DNA from: Calditrichia bacterium
GTDB taxonomy: Bacteria; Calditrichota; Calditrichia; JAJRVZ01
Length of the DNA stretch: 64,000 nt
Reading direction: 5' to 3'
Assembly (NCBI GenBank): GCA_963777955.1
Contig: CAVZSQ010000017.1
Span: 96,001-160,000, forward strand
Under the pieces are notes generated by a model that made no database searches, was not told the origin of the DNA, and saw nothing but the letters and a program-made list of their open reading frames with translations. The translations under genes and the position numbers were made by a program. Below are positions 40,511 through 52,350 of this stretch, in pieces (position 1 is the first letter of the stretch; every line of letters starts with the position of its first letter).

Positions 40511-40780
40511 TTAAGAATTTTTTAATAATTGGATTATCCCCAGGGTTATAAGTAGAACGGGTAATACTATTATAATAAGCGGAATTATAACTGCCGCGAT
40601 AACTGCACCAATCACTCCCAGGGGCAGGAAAACCAAAATTCCTATAATCACCGCACACAGGGCTCCCACAATTTTAAATGGAATAGTTAACACAAAAAAT
40701 CCGGCCTTCAGCAGAAATCCCAATATTTTTAATGCCATCACCGCCAGGAATATGAGCACTATCGCAACTAATATTTCCAT
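40511..40780 (-). CDS. Small membrane protein
   Basis: GGAG RBS, almost entirely hydrophobic. Confidence 0.7.
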   Translation of the reverse strand: MEILVAIVLIFLAVMALKILGFLLKAGFFVLTIPFKIVGALCAVIIGILVFLPLGVIGAVIAAVIIPLIIIVLPVLLITLGIIQLLKNS

Positions 40781-40860
40781 TTAAATCTCCAAATTTTTAC
40801 TCAGTGATCTATACGTAGGTCATTGCTTAAAGATTCAAACAGAAATGCAAACAGGCGGGA

Positions 40861-42981
40861 TTATTCTGTTGGCAAACCGTAAAGGTCACTTATGTCCAGA
40901 GGCGGCATGGGACCGGACAGCGGTTTATTGTCCCGGACATACCAGTTAAACCATTCTATTTGTCTGTATAGAAAATCAATTTTAGAAGTCTGCTTGCTGT
41001 TGCCATGCCCTTCCCCTGGATATTGCATATAACGAACCGCCGGATGATCATTCATTTTCAACCTGTGGTATAATTCCAGGCTTTGACCGGGGTGTACCCG
41101 GGTATCATTAGTACCCCCGCAGATCAGAAAGGCAGTCTGACTCTGCCGGGTCCAGTATATCGGACTGCGTTGTAAATTAAATTCCCATGCTTCTTCCAGG
41201 CTTTTTCCCATATGCACATACAAATCTTCCCAGGGTATATCGGTCGTACTTCTTTTGCTGATCAGATCGCTGATACCGACAGACATATGAACTGCTTTTA
41301 CATATTTCGTATAAAAAGTCCCAAACCAGGCAGCTGCATATCCGCCATAGGATCCTCCGGCTAATGCCACCCGCCCGGCATCGACGAGCCCTTGCTTGAC
41401 CAGAAAATCAATACCATCGGCTATATCATCAAACTCCTTACCCGCCGGATCTCCGTATCCTGCTTTACTGAAAGTATAACCATAACCGGTGCTGGCCCGG
41501 TAATTAGGATAAAAAACAAAATAACCCAGGCCGGCAAATACCTGGCCCGGATTGGCATAACGGCTCAGCCAACTGTTTGAATAGTGAGCCTCAGGCCCTC
41601 CATGCACATAAACCACCAATGGATACTTAATACCTTGCTGATAACCAACCGGATAGATTAAAATACCTTCAATTTCCAGTCCGTCCCGTGCGTTATATTT
41701 AACCGGGAGCTGCTCACCCAATTTTTTCTGCTCCAGCCATGGATTGACAGTGGTCATCCGTTTTATGTTCTTACCAGGTTCCCAGTAATATATATCTCCC
41801 GGCGTATTTGCCGCACTGCCGGTCATGACAAACTTTTTATGGTCGGCCGTGCAAGTTTGATTATCAAAAACAACTCCGGCATTTTTAGTGTCCAGCAATA
41901 CTTTTCTATTGCCGCCATTGCGGTTGACCGTACGTAATGTAGTCCAGACCCCTTCGGCTGACCGGTAAAACAGATTTTCATTATCAAGCCAGCCTGCCCA
42001 TTCCACATGTCCGCGGAAATCGGGTATGGTCAGATTGACCGCTGCACCCCCCTGTACCGGCACATAAAAAATCTGGCTCACGGCCTGGTCGCTGCTGTCC
42101 AGGCCGGCGGTATAAGCCAGGTAAGAACCAGCGGGACTCAGCGAATAATTTCCCAGCTTCCAGGGATTTTTCTTGATGATACTGACTGTTTTATGCTGTA
42201 AATCCAGGGCATAAATGCTGCGAAACATATATTGCTGATCAATTAAATTCTGGTCCGAGGCCGAGAAAACAATGAATTTACCGTCGGCGGAAAAGATAAA
42301 ATCCCAGATACTCAGGTCCCGGGTTAATTGTTCTACTTCAGTATTTTCACTGACCGGACCTGTATTTTGCCGGTATAAATTCCTGGATTTAATATTCTCC
42401 TCATAAAAGATAAAATTAAATCCCTGCTCTTTTAATTTTTTCTCACGGGGGGTGTCAGGGGTGCCGGCAATATAAACAAGTGCATTATTCTCCCACTTAA
42501 AATCAATCACCCCTGTTTTTGAAGCAGTAACCTGTACCGCTTCTCCGCCATCCCGGGAAATCATCCACACCTGGTCCGGGGCAGCGGCACCCTCTCCGCG
42601 GCGCATGATAAATCCAATCTGCGAGCCGTCAGAACTCCATTTAGCGGCAGAGACATTAACCTTACCGGTAACAAACGGCTTAATCTCACCGGTTTCCACA
42701 GCCAAAAGATATAATTCACTGTAATCCGGGCCAGGCGTATCCCGCATATCTCTGGCCTGCCGTAGAGTATAGGCGATCCATTTACCATCCGGACTGATCT
42801 GCGGTTGGGAGCAGGTTTTGAGATTCATTATATCCTGTGCAGTCAGCACATCCTGGGCAACAGCGGAATTCAAGTTTCCGGTTATAAGAGCAAACATTAG
42901 CACTAGTAACAAGAGTAAAAAATATTTTACTCTCCTGATTAGTGAATTGTCCGGTACTTGCAGAAGGTTTTTCCTGTTCAT
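40861..42981 (-). CDS. S9 family (prolyl oligo/acylaminoacyl) peptidase
   Basis: PD40-like propeller, 'HGGPE', 'GGSYGG', 'DTRV', 'EGHG'. Confidence 0.93.
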   Translation of the reverse strand: MNRKNLLQVPDNSLIRRVKYFLLLLLVLMFALITGNLNSAVAQDVLTAQDIMNLKTCSQPQISPDGKWIAYTLRQARDMRDTPGPDYSELYLLAVETGEIKPFVTGKVNVSAAKWSSDGSQIGFIMRRGEGAAAPDQVWMISRDGGEAVQVTASKTGVIDFKWENNALVYIAGTPDTPREKKLKEQGFNFIFYEENIKSRNLYRQNTGPVSENTEVEQLTRDLSIWDFIFSADGKFIVFSASDQNLIDQQYMFRSIYALDLQHKTVSIIKKNPWKLGNYSLSPAGSYLAYTAGLDSSDQAVSQIFYVPVQGGAAVNLTIPDFRGHVEWAGWLDNENLFYRSAEGVWTTLRTVNRNGGNRKVLLDTKNAGVVFDNQTCTADHKKFVMTGSAANTPGDIYYWEPGKNIKRMTTVNPWLEQKKLGEQLPVKYNARDGLEIEGILIYPVGYQQGIKYPLVVYVHGGPEAHYSNSWLSRYANPGQVFAGLGYFVFYPNYRASTGYGYTFSKAGYGDPAGKEFDDIADGIDFLVKQGLVDAGRVALAGGSYGGYAAAWFGTFYTKYVKAVHMSVGISDLISKRSTTDIPWEDLYVHMGKSLEEAWEFNLQRSPIYWTRQSQTAFLICGGTNDTRVHPGQSLELYHRLKMNDHPAVRYMQYPGEGHGNSKQTSKIDFLYRQIEWFNWYVRDNKPLSGPMPPLDISDLYGLPTE

Positions 42982-43062
42982 ATTTCCCTCAATATTATTT
43001 ATAAACATTAATATCAAAATTTATTGTACCGACCTGCAAATTTAAAATTTGCCCTGATTATT

Positions 43063-43872
43063 TCAATGAATTTGGAAATTCGTCTTAGCCGGACTGCTTT
43101 GTTTCTGCATCAGCCTGATTTTCTTCTCATAAATTTGCAGCAGTTTGTGTAACAAACGGATATCACGTTTTTCAGCCAGGGATCGGCCGATTAATCTTTT
43201 AAACCGTGAAATAAAATCATCCATGCTGTCCCTGGGTACAAACCCGACCTGATTCAGACTTGTTTGTAAATGATCATAAAAACTTTCCAATTCACCCTGC
43301 GTGGCCAGGTCATAAGTGTACCTGGTATTTTTTATATTAAGCGACTTAAAAAATGTGTGGGCATAAATCATCACCGACTGGGCCAGATTAAGAGCCGGTT
43401 TATAGGTAGCAGTTAAAATTGTCGAGTGAATATGACAGCATAGCAGTTCCTGATTGGTCAATCCGGTGCGTTCCCGGCCGAACACGATGGCAACCGGATG
43501 ATCGCTGCCGATTTCCCCGATCTTTTCCGCAATTTCTTCGGGAGTATAAAAGGGAAATTTAAACTGGCGCTTTCGTTGCGTGGTGGCCACCACTAACTTT
43601 TTATCGGCGATTGCCTCCTGGAAGGTATTGACTATTTTCGCCCGCTTAACAATTTCTTCCGATTGATGCGCCATCCAGTAGGTTTCAGGGTGGGTAATAT
43701 CGATTTGCGGATTTACTAATATCAGGTTCCTGAATCCGCATGTTTTCAGAGCACGGGCTGAGGCGCCAATATTACCATGACTTTCAGGTTCCAGCAGTAC
43801 AAAATATATATTTTTTCTTATTTTTTCGAAACTGGAGAGAAACGGTAGTCTGTTATTTGCACTTTCAGGCAT
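43063..43872 (-). CDS. trmJ: SPOUT RNA methyltransferase, TrmJ/LasT family
   Basis: 'GNIGASARA', 'FGRERTGL', 'LNLAQSV'. Confidence 0.85.
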   Translation of the reverse strand: MPESANNRLPFLSSFEKIRKNIYFVLLEPESHGNIGASARALKTCGFRNLILVNPQIDITHPETYWMAHQSEEIVKRAKIVNTFQEAIADKKLVVATTQRKRQFKFPFYTPEEIAEKIGEIGSDHPVAIVFGRERTGLTNQELLCCHIHSTILTATYKPALNLAQSVMIYAHTFFKSLNIKNTRYTYDLATQGELESFYDHLQTSLNQVGFVPRDSMDDFISRFKRLIGRSLAEKRDIRLLHKLLQIYEKKIRLMQKQSSPAKTNFQIH

Positions 43873-43899
43873 AGGACAAGTGATAAAAAAATAATTCCC

Positions 43900-45189
43900 T
43901 TAACCGGTCTTTTTACCCAGAATTTTCTGCCAGCCGGCCAATAAACGATCTGTCGCTCCGGTATTGCCCAGCACATATTGTTCTGCTTTTTGGCCGATTT
44001 TTTTACAAAGCGCCGGATCCAGTATGAATTTTTCAAACCACTCCTGTATCCCGGCAGAGTTATTAACAATAATACCCCCTTGATGCCCGGCTAACTTTAT
44101 AGCTTCATACGAGTTTTTATGCTCGGGACCATATAGAACCGGTATGCCGAAAATTGCCGGTTCCATTACATTATGGACCCCCTGTCTGAAACTACCCCCA
44201 ACATAGGCCGCATTGGCATATAAATATATGCCGGCCAGGTAACCGACTGAATCCATAATGATAATCCGCTGGCCGCGGATTTGTTCACGGTTGCTGAAAA
44301 GAATGCTATCCCAATCTTTGAAATAATCCATATGCGTCTTTATAGCTTTTTCTTCAGGCTGGTGCGGGATAAGAATTAAATTTACAGACTCATACTTTAA
44401 GAGGATATCCTTTAAAGCCGGGAAGAGGTGTTGTTCATCTTCCGGCCAGGTACTTCCGGCCGCGATGGTAAACCTGTGCTGATTCCATTCGGCCGGTAAT
44501 AACTGTAGTTTGACAGCTGCCTGCTTGCGGATCACCACCTGGTCATACTTGGTATCCCCCATGGTTTCGACCCTACAACCTGGATAAAAGGTTTTAAAGC
44601 GATCCCCATCCTCCCTGGAAATGGCAAAGATTTTGTCGAAATCGCAATACACTGTTCTCAAAAAATTTCTTACTACTGGTTTGGTCCTGGTAGAATTTTC
44701 GGCCAGTGAGGCATTGGTCAGATACACCGGTATCTTCAACTCATGAGCAGTCCAGATCTGATTAGGCCAGACATCATGTTTGGCCACAATAACCATCTTC
44801 GGTTTAAGTAAGTTATAAACTTTTTTCCAGTTGCCTTTTGTATCAAAGGGCATATACAAAAATAAATCAAGAAAATTATACTTTTTAACATGGCGATAAC
44901 CGGACGGTGAGAAAAATGTGACAATATTAACGGCAGAGTATTCTTCCTTGAAATGATGCAGCAATGGTTTTACGTGCTCGAATTCTCCCATGGACGCCGC
45001 GTGAATAAGTATGATTTTTTCCCCTGGTTGTCGCTGCGCAGTCCACTCGGCTAAGGTTTGTAAACTTTTATAGCGGGGATATAGACCTGAGCGGATCCTG
45101 GCAGAAAACAATGAAAATATGTGCGCTGTAACAAAAATAAGGGGGAAAATCAGCCACTTATATAAAATTTTTGCCAGAGTTTTAACCAT
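43900..45189 (-). CDS. waaA: Kdo transferase
   Basis: 'HAASMGE', 'GDTKYD', 'AGSTW', 'YVGGSF..HNVMEPA'. Confidence 0.9.
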   Translation of the reverse strand: MVKTLAKILYKWLIFPLIFVTAHIFSLFSARIRSGLYPRYKSLQTLAEWTAQRQPGEKIILIHAASMGEFEHVKPLLHHFKEEYSAVNIVTFFSPSGYRHVKKYNFLDLFLYMPFDTKGNWKKVYNLLKPKMVIVAKHDVWPNQIWTAHELKIPVYLTNASLAENSTRTKPVVRNFLRTVYCDFDKIFAISREDGDRFKTFYPGCRVETMGDTKYDQVVIRKQAAVKLQLLPAEWNQHRFTIAAGSTWPEDEQHLFPALKDILLKYESVNLILIPHQPEEKAIKTHMDYFKDWDSILFSNREQIRGQRIIIMDSVGYLAGIYLYANAAYVGGSFRQGVHNVMEPAIFGIPVLYGPEHKNSYEAIKLAGHQGGIIVNNSAGIQEWFEKFILDPALCKKIGQKAEQYVLGNTGATDRLLAGWQKILGKKTG

Positions 45190-45193
45190 TAAT

Positions 45194-46249
45194 TCAATTT
45201 CTTTCCTGTTCAATAAGTTTATACAGTTGTTGCAGGACAATCTGCGGGGTCAGCTCCAGCATACATTTAAAATGCCGTTCGGGACAATTCTTACGACCGA
45301 TATGGGAGCAGGGCCGGCAATATAACTTTTCATTTTGCACAACAACGCTTTTAGCCCGGTACGGGAAAAACCCAAACTCTTCAACTGTATTTCCAAAGAT
45401 AGCCAGCACCGGTATTTTTACGGCTGCAGCCATATGCATCAGCCCTGTATCGTTAACAATCAGGGCTTTTGCCCGGGACAGGACGATGGCACTTTGCAGC
45501 AGATTCAATTCTGCTGCCAGGTTAATGACCCGCTCACCTGTGGGGAAAACAGTATGTAAATACCGATCCCCCTCACCCCCCAGGATAACCAGTTTATAGC
45601 GGTGCGACTGCAGTAATGAAACTGTCAATTGCTTAAAATAATCTACCGGCCAGCGTTTGGTGTAAAAACCAGCCCCGGGTGCAATACAAATATATCTATC
45701 TGTATCCGGATCAAATTGCTTGTGCTTTAACTCTGTTTTCAGCACGTTCTCCAACCGGGCATCCCAGAACATATCCAATCCCTGCTGATCATCTTCAATT
45801 CCCAGGGCTTGGCCCACCTTTAAATATCGTTGAGGAATGGGCATAATATGTTTATAAATGTTTTTTTTAAAATGTACCAGCCAAAATTGCCTGACTTTAT
45901 CCTTTTTAATCCTATGGCGCAATCCGGCCGGATAACCGAAACGTAAATAGTTGCTGCGCCAATTATTATGCAGATCAAAAATATAATTATAGCCCTGAGC
46001 CCTGATCTGCTTCCTGATCATTTGCAGAGTATGGGTACGGTCACGGTCATCGAATTCAATCAGATTATCTATATTGGGATTGAACCGTAACAGATCTGCA
46101 TATTGCTTTTTCACCACATAATCAATCTCGGCATTAGTGACTTTTAATTTTATCTGCCTGAGGAATGGTGTACTTAATAATATATCTCCGATAGAACTTA
46201 AACGGATAATCAGTATTTTTAACCGCTGCCGGGATATATCGATATTCAT
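45194..46249 (-). CDS. GT9 LPS heptosyltransferase (WaaF-like)
   Basis: 'RLSSIGD', 'KRWP', 'NDTGLMHMA'. Confidence 0.88.
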   Translation of the reverse strand: MNIDISRQRLKILIIRLSSIGDILLSTPFLRQIKLKVTNAEIDYVVKKQYADLLRFNPNIDNLIEFDDRDRTHTLQMIRKQIRAQGYNYIFDLHNNWRSNYLRFGYPAGLRHRIKKDKVRQFWLVHFKKNIYKHIMPIPQRYLKVGQALGIEDDQQGLDMFWDARLENVLKTELKHKQFDPDTDRYICIAPGAGFYTKRWPVDYFKQLTVSLLQSHRYKLVILGGEGDRYLHTVFPTGERVINLAAELNLLQSAIVLSRAKALIVNDTGLMHMAAAVKIPVLAIFGNTVEEFGFFPYRAKSVVVQNEKLYCRPCSHIGRKNCPERHFKCMLELTPQIVLQQLYKLIEQERN

Positions 46250-47224
46250 TTTTTTCGGGAAATTACATAGTCGACAAATTTTAAAGCATTCTCTTTATAG
46301 GCATTATCCGGATAAATTTCAATACATTTTTTCGCTTTTTCAGCATAAGCGACAGCCGCCTGGTAGGCCTGTTTAAGACCACCATATTTTTCATTGAAAG
46401 ATATGATCTTCCTGATATCTTCCCTGTTTACACCCTTCTTGAGTAACCTTATAACAAAATTTTTCTCGGGGCCGGGTGCATTATTTAACGAAATAATCAA
46501 AGGTAGTGTGATTTTTTTTCCTTTAAGATCAGCTCCTACATGTTTGCCCAGGATGTTCTCCTTACCTTCATAGTCCAGCAAGTCATCTTTGATTTGAAAA
46601 GCAATACCGATATTTTCACCATAACTGGCCAGTGCTTCACGATCCGCAGGAGTATTACGAACAGTCATACAGCCCAGTTCACAGCAAGTCTGAAATCAAG
46701 GCTGCCGTCTTATCAGAAACCAATCTATAATATTCTTGTTCAGAGATATCCAGTTTCCTGCTTTTTTCTATTTGAAATAATTCACCCTTGCTTAGCCTTT
46801 TAGCAGTCTGGGCTAAAATTTCCATGATCTCCAGGCTGCCGGTCTCGGTTGCGCTGATCAGTGATTTGGCCAGTAAATAATCACCCATCAGAATGCTTAT
46901 TTTATTTTTCCACAGGGCATTGATCGAAGGGAAACTCCGGCGCACCTCGGCCTCATCGACCACATCGTCATGAACCAGAGTGGCCGTATGTAAAATTTCC
47001 ACCAGGGCCGCAACCAGGTATGTATTATTATTTGCATCCCCGACCAGCCGGGAACTTATTAAGACCAGCAGGGGCCGCAAGCCTTTACCGCGGTGACGGA
47101 CCAGATACTTGGCCACTTTGTCTACCAGGGCGACATCCGAGGACATGATTCGGGAAAGGGTTCGATGATATTCTTCTAATTCAGCACGAAGGGAAACTCT
47201 AATATGATTTAATAAAGGATTCAT
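46246..47224 (-). CDS. Polyprenyl diphosphate synthase (frameshift near 46685)
   Basis: 'LVHDDVVD' and 'KTA' in the first ORF; 'FQIKDDLLD' in the second. Confidence 0.9.
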
Positions 47225-47289
47225 CAGAACTGCAATATCAGATTCATTCTTTCACTCAGAACCAAAAATAGCGACAAGAAAAAATCTAA

Positions 47290-48033
47290 TCAAGTATTTA
47301 CTTTTTTAGATGAAAACCAGACGGAGACGTATATACTTAATTCATAAAGGATAACCAGGGGTACAGCCAAAAAGATCTGGGTCAGGGGATCAGGCGGGGT
47401 CAAAATAGCACCGACAATAAAAGCCAGGACAATAGCATGACGCCGGTATTTCCTCATGAACTGCGGGGTCAATATACCTATTTTGGACAGGAACAGGCTT
47501 AACATGGGTAATTCAAACACAATGCCAAATACCAGTATCATTCTGAGCAGGAAGCCCATGTAAAAATCGATTGCAATATTATTTTCAATATTAACCGGCA
47601 CTGCCAGTTTTAAGAAAAACTCCAGGGCAACCGGAATGATTACGAAGTACGCGAACAGTGCGCCGGCCAGAAAACAGACTACTGAAGCGGTAACAATGGC
47701 CGGAATCATTTTTCTTTCTTTTAACAGCAGGCCCGGAGCCAGAAACTGCCAGAATTGATAAAAAATTACCGGCAAACTTAATACAAATCCGGCCACAATG
47801 GACAATTCCAGCTCGATCATAAAGATCGATTGTACTTTAAGTGCCTGTAATTTAATGGGCGGATTTAAATTCTGTCCGGGGTATAACAAAATATCCATCA
47901 GGTTATCTGAAAAATAAAAACAGATAATCATCATGACCACAACTATCGAAATGCTTTTAATCAGCCGCCAGCGTAATTCCTCTAAATGATCGAGGAATGG
48001 CATTTCTCGTTCATCTTTAAGTTTAGTATTCAT
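47290..48033 (-). CDS. tatC: Tat translocase subunit TatC
   Basis: 'HLEELR.RL', 'PGL', 'FELP', 'TPPDP'. Confidence 0.96.
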   Translation of the reverse strand: MNTKLKDEREMPFLDHLEELRWRLIKSISIVVVMMIICFYFSDNLMDILLYPGQNLNPPIKLQALKVQSIFMIELELSIVAGFVLSLPVIFYQFWQFLAPGLLLKERKMIPAIVTASVVCFLAGALFAYFVIIPVALEFFLKLAVPVNIENNIAIDFYMGFLLRMILVFGIVFELPMLSLFLSKIGILTPQFMRKYRRHAIVLAFIVGAILTPPDPLTQIFLAVPLVILYELSIYVSVWFSSKKVNT

Positions 48034-48063
48034 GGAAGTTCTTAATAGATATGGTGTGAAAGA

Positions 48064-49371
48064 TCAATTAATATAAAGTGGAAATTTCTGACTCAATTCC
48101 CGTACTTCTTCACCGACCGATTTGATCAACTGCTGATTTTCAATGTCCGACAGTACCCGCTGGATCATCCGGGCAATAATCTTCATCTCCGCTTCTTTCA
48201 GCCCTTTAGTGGTCAGAGCTGCTGTTCCTACCCTGATTCCGCTGGTGACCATGGGACTTTTCGTGTCGAAGGGGATCATATTCTTGTTCACTGTCATCCC
48301 GGCAGCATGCAGAGCCTCCTCGGCCGCTTTTCCGGTAATATTTTTACTGGTCAGATCCATCAGGAAAAGATGATTATCCGTCCCTCCCGAAACGATATCA
48401 AATCCCAGTCTGATCAATTCATTGCATAGACATTGAGTGTTGGCTATGATCTGCCTGGTATACAATTTAAATGAGGGTTGTAAAGCTTCACCAAAAGCGA
48501 CCGCCTTGGCGGCAATAATGTGCATTAAAGGACCACCCTGGATTCCGGGCATGACAGTACTATCAAGTAATTCGGACATTAATTTGGTCCTTCCGGTTTT
48601 AGGCGCGGTTAGACCCATTATATTTTCACTGTCTTTCCCCATTAATAATAAACCACCCCGCGGACCTCTGAGGGTTTTATGGGTTGTAGAGGACACAACA
48701 TCACAATAAGGCAGAGGGGTCGGATGTAATCCGGTCGCGATTAATCCGGCCGGATGAGCAATATCCGCAAATAATACACATTTAACTTCATCGGCGATTT
48801 CCCGGAATTTCTCAAATTCATAAAACCGGGAATAGGCACTGGCGCCCACAACAATCATGGCTGGCTTACACTCCCTGGCCAACTTGCGGACTTCATCCAT
48901 ATCGATACGGCCTGTCTCTTTTTTCACGCCATAAGACACAACTTTATACATTCTGCCGGAAAAATTGACCGGCGACCCATGGGTTAAGTGGCCACCATGG
49001 GCCAGATTCATACCCAGGATTGTCGCACCGGGTTGAAGATAAGTAAAATAAACAGCCATATTAGCCTGGCTCCCGGAATGAGGCTGAACATTAGCGTAAT
49101 CACACTGGAATAATTGTTTGACCCTGTCTCTGGCTAAATTCTCTGCCTGATCGACATATTCGCAACCGCCATAATATCTTTTGCCGGGATAGCCTTCCGC
49201 GTATTTATTAGTCATAACTGAACCGGCAGCCTGCAGCACTGCTTTGCTCACAAAATTCTCCGAAGCAATCAGTTCAAGTTTGTAATCCTGCCGCTCAATT
49301 TCATGACAGATTGCATCATAAATCTCCCGATCGGATTTAGCTAATTCATCCAGCATGTTTTTCATTATCAT
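48064..49371 (-). CDS. glyA: Serine hydroxymethyltransferase
   Basis: 'LIASEN', '[13 protein letters not shown]', '[12 protein letters not shown]'. Confidence 0.98.
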   Translation of the reverse strand: MIMKNMLDELAKSDREIYDAICHEIERQDYKLELIASENFVSKAVLQAAGSVMTNKYAEGYPGKRYYGGCEYVDQAENLARDRVKQLFQCDYANVQPHSGSQANMAVYFTYLQPGATILGMNLAHGGHLTHGSPVNFSGRMYKVVSYGVKKETGRIDMDEVRKLARECKPAMIVVGASAYSRFYEFEKFREIADEVKCVLFADIAHPAGLIATGLHPTPLPYCDVVSSTTHKTLRGPRGGLLLMGKDSENIMGLTAPKTGRTKLMSELLDSTVMPGIQGGPLMHIIAAKAVAFGEALQPSFKLYTRQIIANTQCLCNELIRLGFDIVSGGTDNHLFLMDLTSKNITGKAAEEALHAAGMTVNKNMIPFDTKSPMVTSGIRVGTAALTTKGLKEAEMKIIARMIQRVLSDIENQQLIKSVGEEVRELSQKFPLYIN

Positions 49372-49808
49372 CGACCTGTAAGTTTTGAGATCATGTCTAA
49401 CCTGTTTTGGTGTCGGCCCCCTTCAAAAGGGGTTTTTATCCATATTTCTACAATTTCCAGGGCCTGCTCGGGCGAAAGCTCGCGACCACCCAGACACAGG
49501 ATATTTGCATTATTATGTAAACGGCTTAATTCGGCGGTCCTCGCGTTATAGGCCAGAGCCGCCCGGATACCTTTTACTTTATTGGCAGTTATACACATGC
49601 CTATGCCGGTACCGCATATCAGAATGCCCCGGTCATATTCACCGCCAACAACAGCTTTGGCAACTTTATAAGCGAATTTAGGATAATCTGTAGAATCGGA
49701 ATCAGCAGGCCCGAAATCGGTGTAATCGTATTTATACAACTTAAAATGCTCTTTAATTGCTTCTTTTAAATCAAAACCCGCGTGATCAGAACTTAAAGCA
49801 ATCTTCAT
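49368..49808 (-). CDS. rpiB: Ribose-5-phosphate isomerase B
   Basis: 'SDHAG', 'CGTGIG', 'HNNAN', 'FEGGRH'. Confidence 0.96.
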   Translation of the reverse strand: MKIALSSDHAGFDLKEAIKEHFKLYKYDYTDFGPADSDSTDYPKFAYKVAKAVVGGEYDRGILICGTGIGMCITANKVKGIRAALAYNARTAELSRLHNNANILCLGGRELSPEQALEIVEIWIKTPFEGGRHQNRLDMISKLTGR

Positions 49809-49831
49809 TTGTTCATACCTTGTTTATATCG

Positions 49832-51044
49832 CTAACGTTTCTCGCGTACAAACCAGCGCTCACTGCTTAATAAGGACAGGGAAATCCCAAAAAACTTCTC
49901 CTTTAGATTAGCGGACTGTGCGTCCCCCCGTTGACCAAATTCAAAAGTAATATCAACTCTGTTCCGATGCTTGCGTACCGGTAAACTTAGCCCGGCACTT
50001 ATACCATATTCGTATACAGGATTGTCATCAGCAGTGACATTCAACTGACTGAAGAATAATCCTCCTCTCCAGGAAATATTTTTTAAAAACGGCACAAACC
50101 TCTTCTCAACCGGTGATTTTTCAAAGCCAAGGCCGATCCGGTAACTATCATTGATCTGCCCGACCTTGTTGTCATCTACAGTATAGGACTCGGACCAATT
50201 CTGATAAATACAGTCGATACCTGTTTGCCAGAGCGGCGATATCTTGTAATTTGCACCCAGAGCGAGCAAGGCCGGCAAATTGATATCTCTGGTTTGTTTA
50301 ATTGACTCAGACTGAATGGCTTGACTTTCGCTCCTGATGCATAGTTATACTGGTGGAAGATTTATATTTAAGTCCCAGGTCTATTTTTTCACTGACAGCA
50401 TAAAATCCGTTCAAGCCAAAATTTACACCGCGCAGCTGATATTCATCGTAGATATAGATATCACTGTAGACACTATTATTATATAATATGGAAATCTCAT
50501 CTTTAATCATGCCGAAATCATAACCAACTTCGAGTGCAAAAGAAACTTTTGGCAGCGGTGCATAACTCCCGACCAGTACCGCCTCACTTAAATTACCTCT
50601 ACTGTATAATTTGTGGACGAGATTGGAATCCGGACCAAATCCTGGAACTTTAATCCCGGTATTATTAATATACCGTGGAGTGAGACCCATCCCGATCACA
50701 AATTTCTGCCTTTTTAACGGCAGGGTGATAAATCCGCCCATAAAATTGGCATCGGTGGAGTATATGTCTGCCTGATTTGACTTTGTGCTGATTCCGCTGT
50801 AATTAAAACTTACAGATACGGAAGTATTCTCGAGCCTGGTCCACAGAGCATAATTCATTTGATTGATACATAAAGAGTCCACGAAACTCATTTCATACCC
50901 CCCGCGTCCTGCAGCTGAGGTCGAGTACGCATTCCGATAGGATCCGATCAGACGAGGTCCAAATCCAAAAATCGATGTACCGCCGGCAACCATGTCCGGT
51001 AGTACCAAGACGATAACTGTTAGAAGAATAAGATATTTTTTCAC
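49832..51044 (-). CDS. Outer-membrane beta-barrel protein (FadL/OmpP1-like; frameshift near 50300)
   Basis: Signal peptide, alternating strands, C-terminal 'GQRG...L.E...SLS...ERWF'. Confidence 0.7.
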
Positions 51045-51056
51045 TGGCGCTGACCT

Positions 51057-52277
51057 TTATAATCTGGATGGAGGACTTAAATAATATTCAATAATTATAT
51101 AGGGCCGGGTAGAGGGTACACTATTTTGAACACCCTTTATAGCATAAAATCCGATACTTTCATCTTTGTAAACGTGTTCAAGATAGAAAGATCCGCAAGC
51201 AATCTCTCCATTAATTATATTCTGCATAAATTTTTGACCGGCAACTGCTTTTTTCTGATTATCCAGACTTAGCTGGTCGGTTGTTTCTTCGCTTAGAATC
51301 AGGTTGAAATAAGTACTAAAATTGAAAGTCGAATCCAACTGAAAATACGGTAATTCATCAAAACCGCTTGTTACAACCCGCAGAAAAATCATCTGGCTAT
51401 CCTTGGGATCCAGCAACGATCTGTCCACATCCTGGTTGAAAACGAAATTGGTCGTCGATAGATAAGCATCGGCGGGTATGGGGGAAAGATCGAATTGAAC
51501 AAAGGAATAGATTGAATAGCCGCTCCCGACATAAATAGTATTTTGATCCAGGCTCCCGTGGAAATCAAGCAGTGATGCATCCTGGTTGGCATAGGTTGTA
51601 TCATATATAATTCCACCGGTATCGGTAGAGGTGTCTTTATAGATGAAGACCATTCTGGGCAGTACATCTATTGTACTATTTTCTAATGAATAAAATTCGA
51701 TTATCTGTTCTGCTGACTGATAATCGAAGAATAAACCAAAATTTTGCTGCCCGGCCGTAACAGTATCCCGCCAGATATCTACTAACTCAACCGGAAGATC
51801 AAGGGCAATCGTAGCTGAATCGGCGCTGCTGATGCTAAAATCAAGCGACGTAGCTGCAGTATAATCAATGTTTGACCGTACATCCCAGCTTGAATCTATA
51901 TTCACGTCGTCACCCCACGCTGATGTGACACGATAGATTGTACCATTGATCATGCTGGTGGAATCACCCAAATTGGAGCGCACCTGCAACAGTAATCGAA
52001 CCGTATCGACAACAATAGTATCATTCGGCAGATTGGAAAACTTCATCAGGAATTGAGCATCATATCCGCCGTATGATCCCAGCATCACTTTAGAACTTGA
52101 ACCGGTATTTACTTTACCTCCACTGAAAGTGCGGGCGGCGATGGCATAAAGGGTATCCCTCTTGATTTCACCATAAGCATTCAGCATGGAGCGATTAACA
52201 TCTGTTAACAGCATCTCATCCGAACAGGCAGAGAAAAATAAAAATAGTATGAGAGTACAATAAATAAGTTTCGTAAG
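51057..52277 (-). CDS. Lipoprotein (DUF4270-like); start codon unclear
   Basis: Upstream in-frame lipobox 'FLFFSAC' after a GAAGGAG RBS. Confidence 0.6.
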   Translation of the reverse strand, partial: LTKLIYCTLILFLFFSACSDEMLLTDVNRSMLNAYGEIKRDTLYAIAARTFSGGKVNTGSSSKVMLGSYGGYDAQFLMKFSNLPNDTIVVDTVRLLLQVRSNLGDSTSMINGTIYRVTSAWGDDVNIDSSWDVRSNIDYTAATSLDFSISSADSATIALDLPVELVDIWRDTVTAGQQNFGLFFDYQSAEQIIEFYSLENSTIDVLPRMVFIYKDTSTDTGGIIYDTTYANQDASLLDFHGSLDQNTIYVGSGYSIYSFVQFDLSPIPADAYLSTTNFVFNQDVDRSLLDPKDSQMIFLRVVTSGFDELPYFQLDSTFNFSTYFNLILSEETTDQLSLDNQKKAVAGQKFMQNIINGEIACGSFYLEHVYKDESIGFYAIKGVQNSVPSTRPYIIIEYYLSPPSRL

Positions 52278-52350
52278 TTATTCTCCTTCAGCAAATGTTA
52301 TTTTCAAAAATATACTTAATAATTTTTTTCAGATCAACCGCTGTCATGCT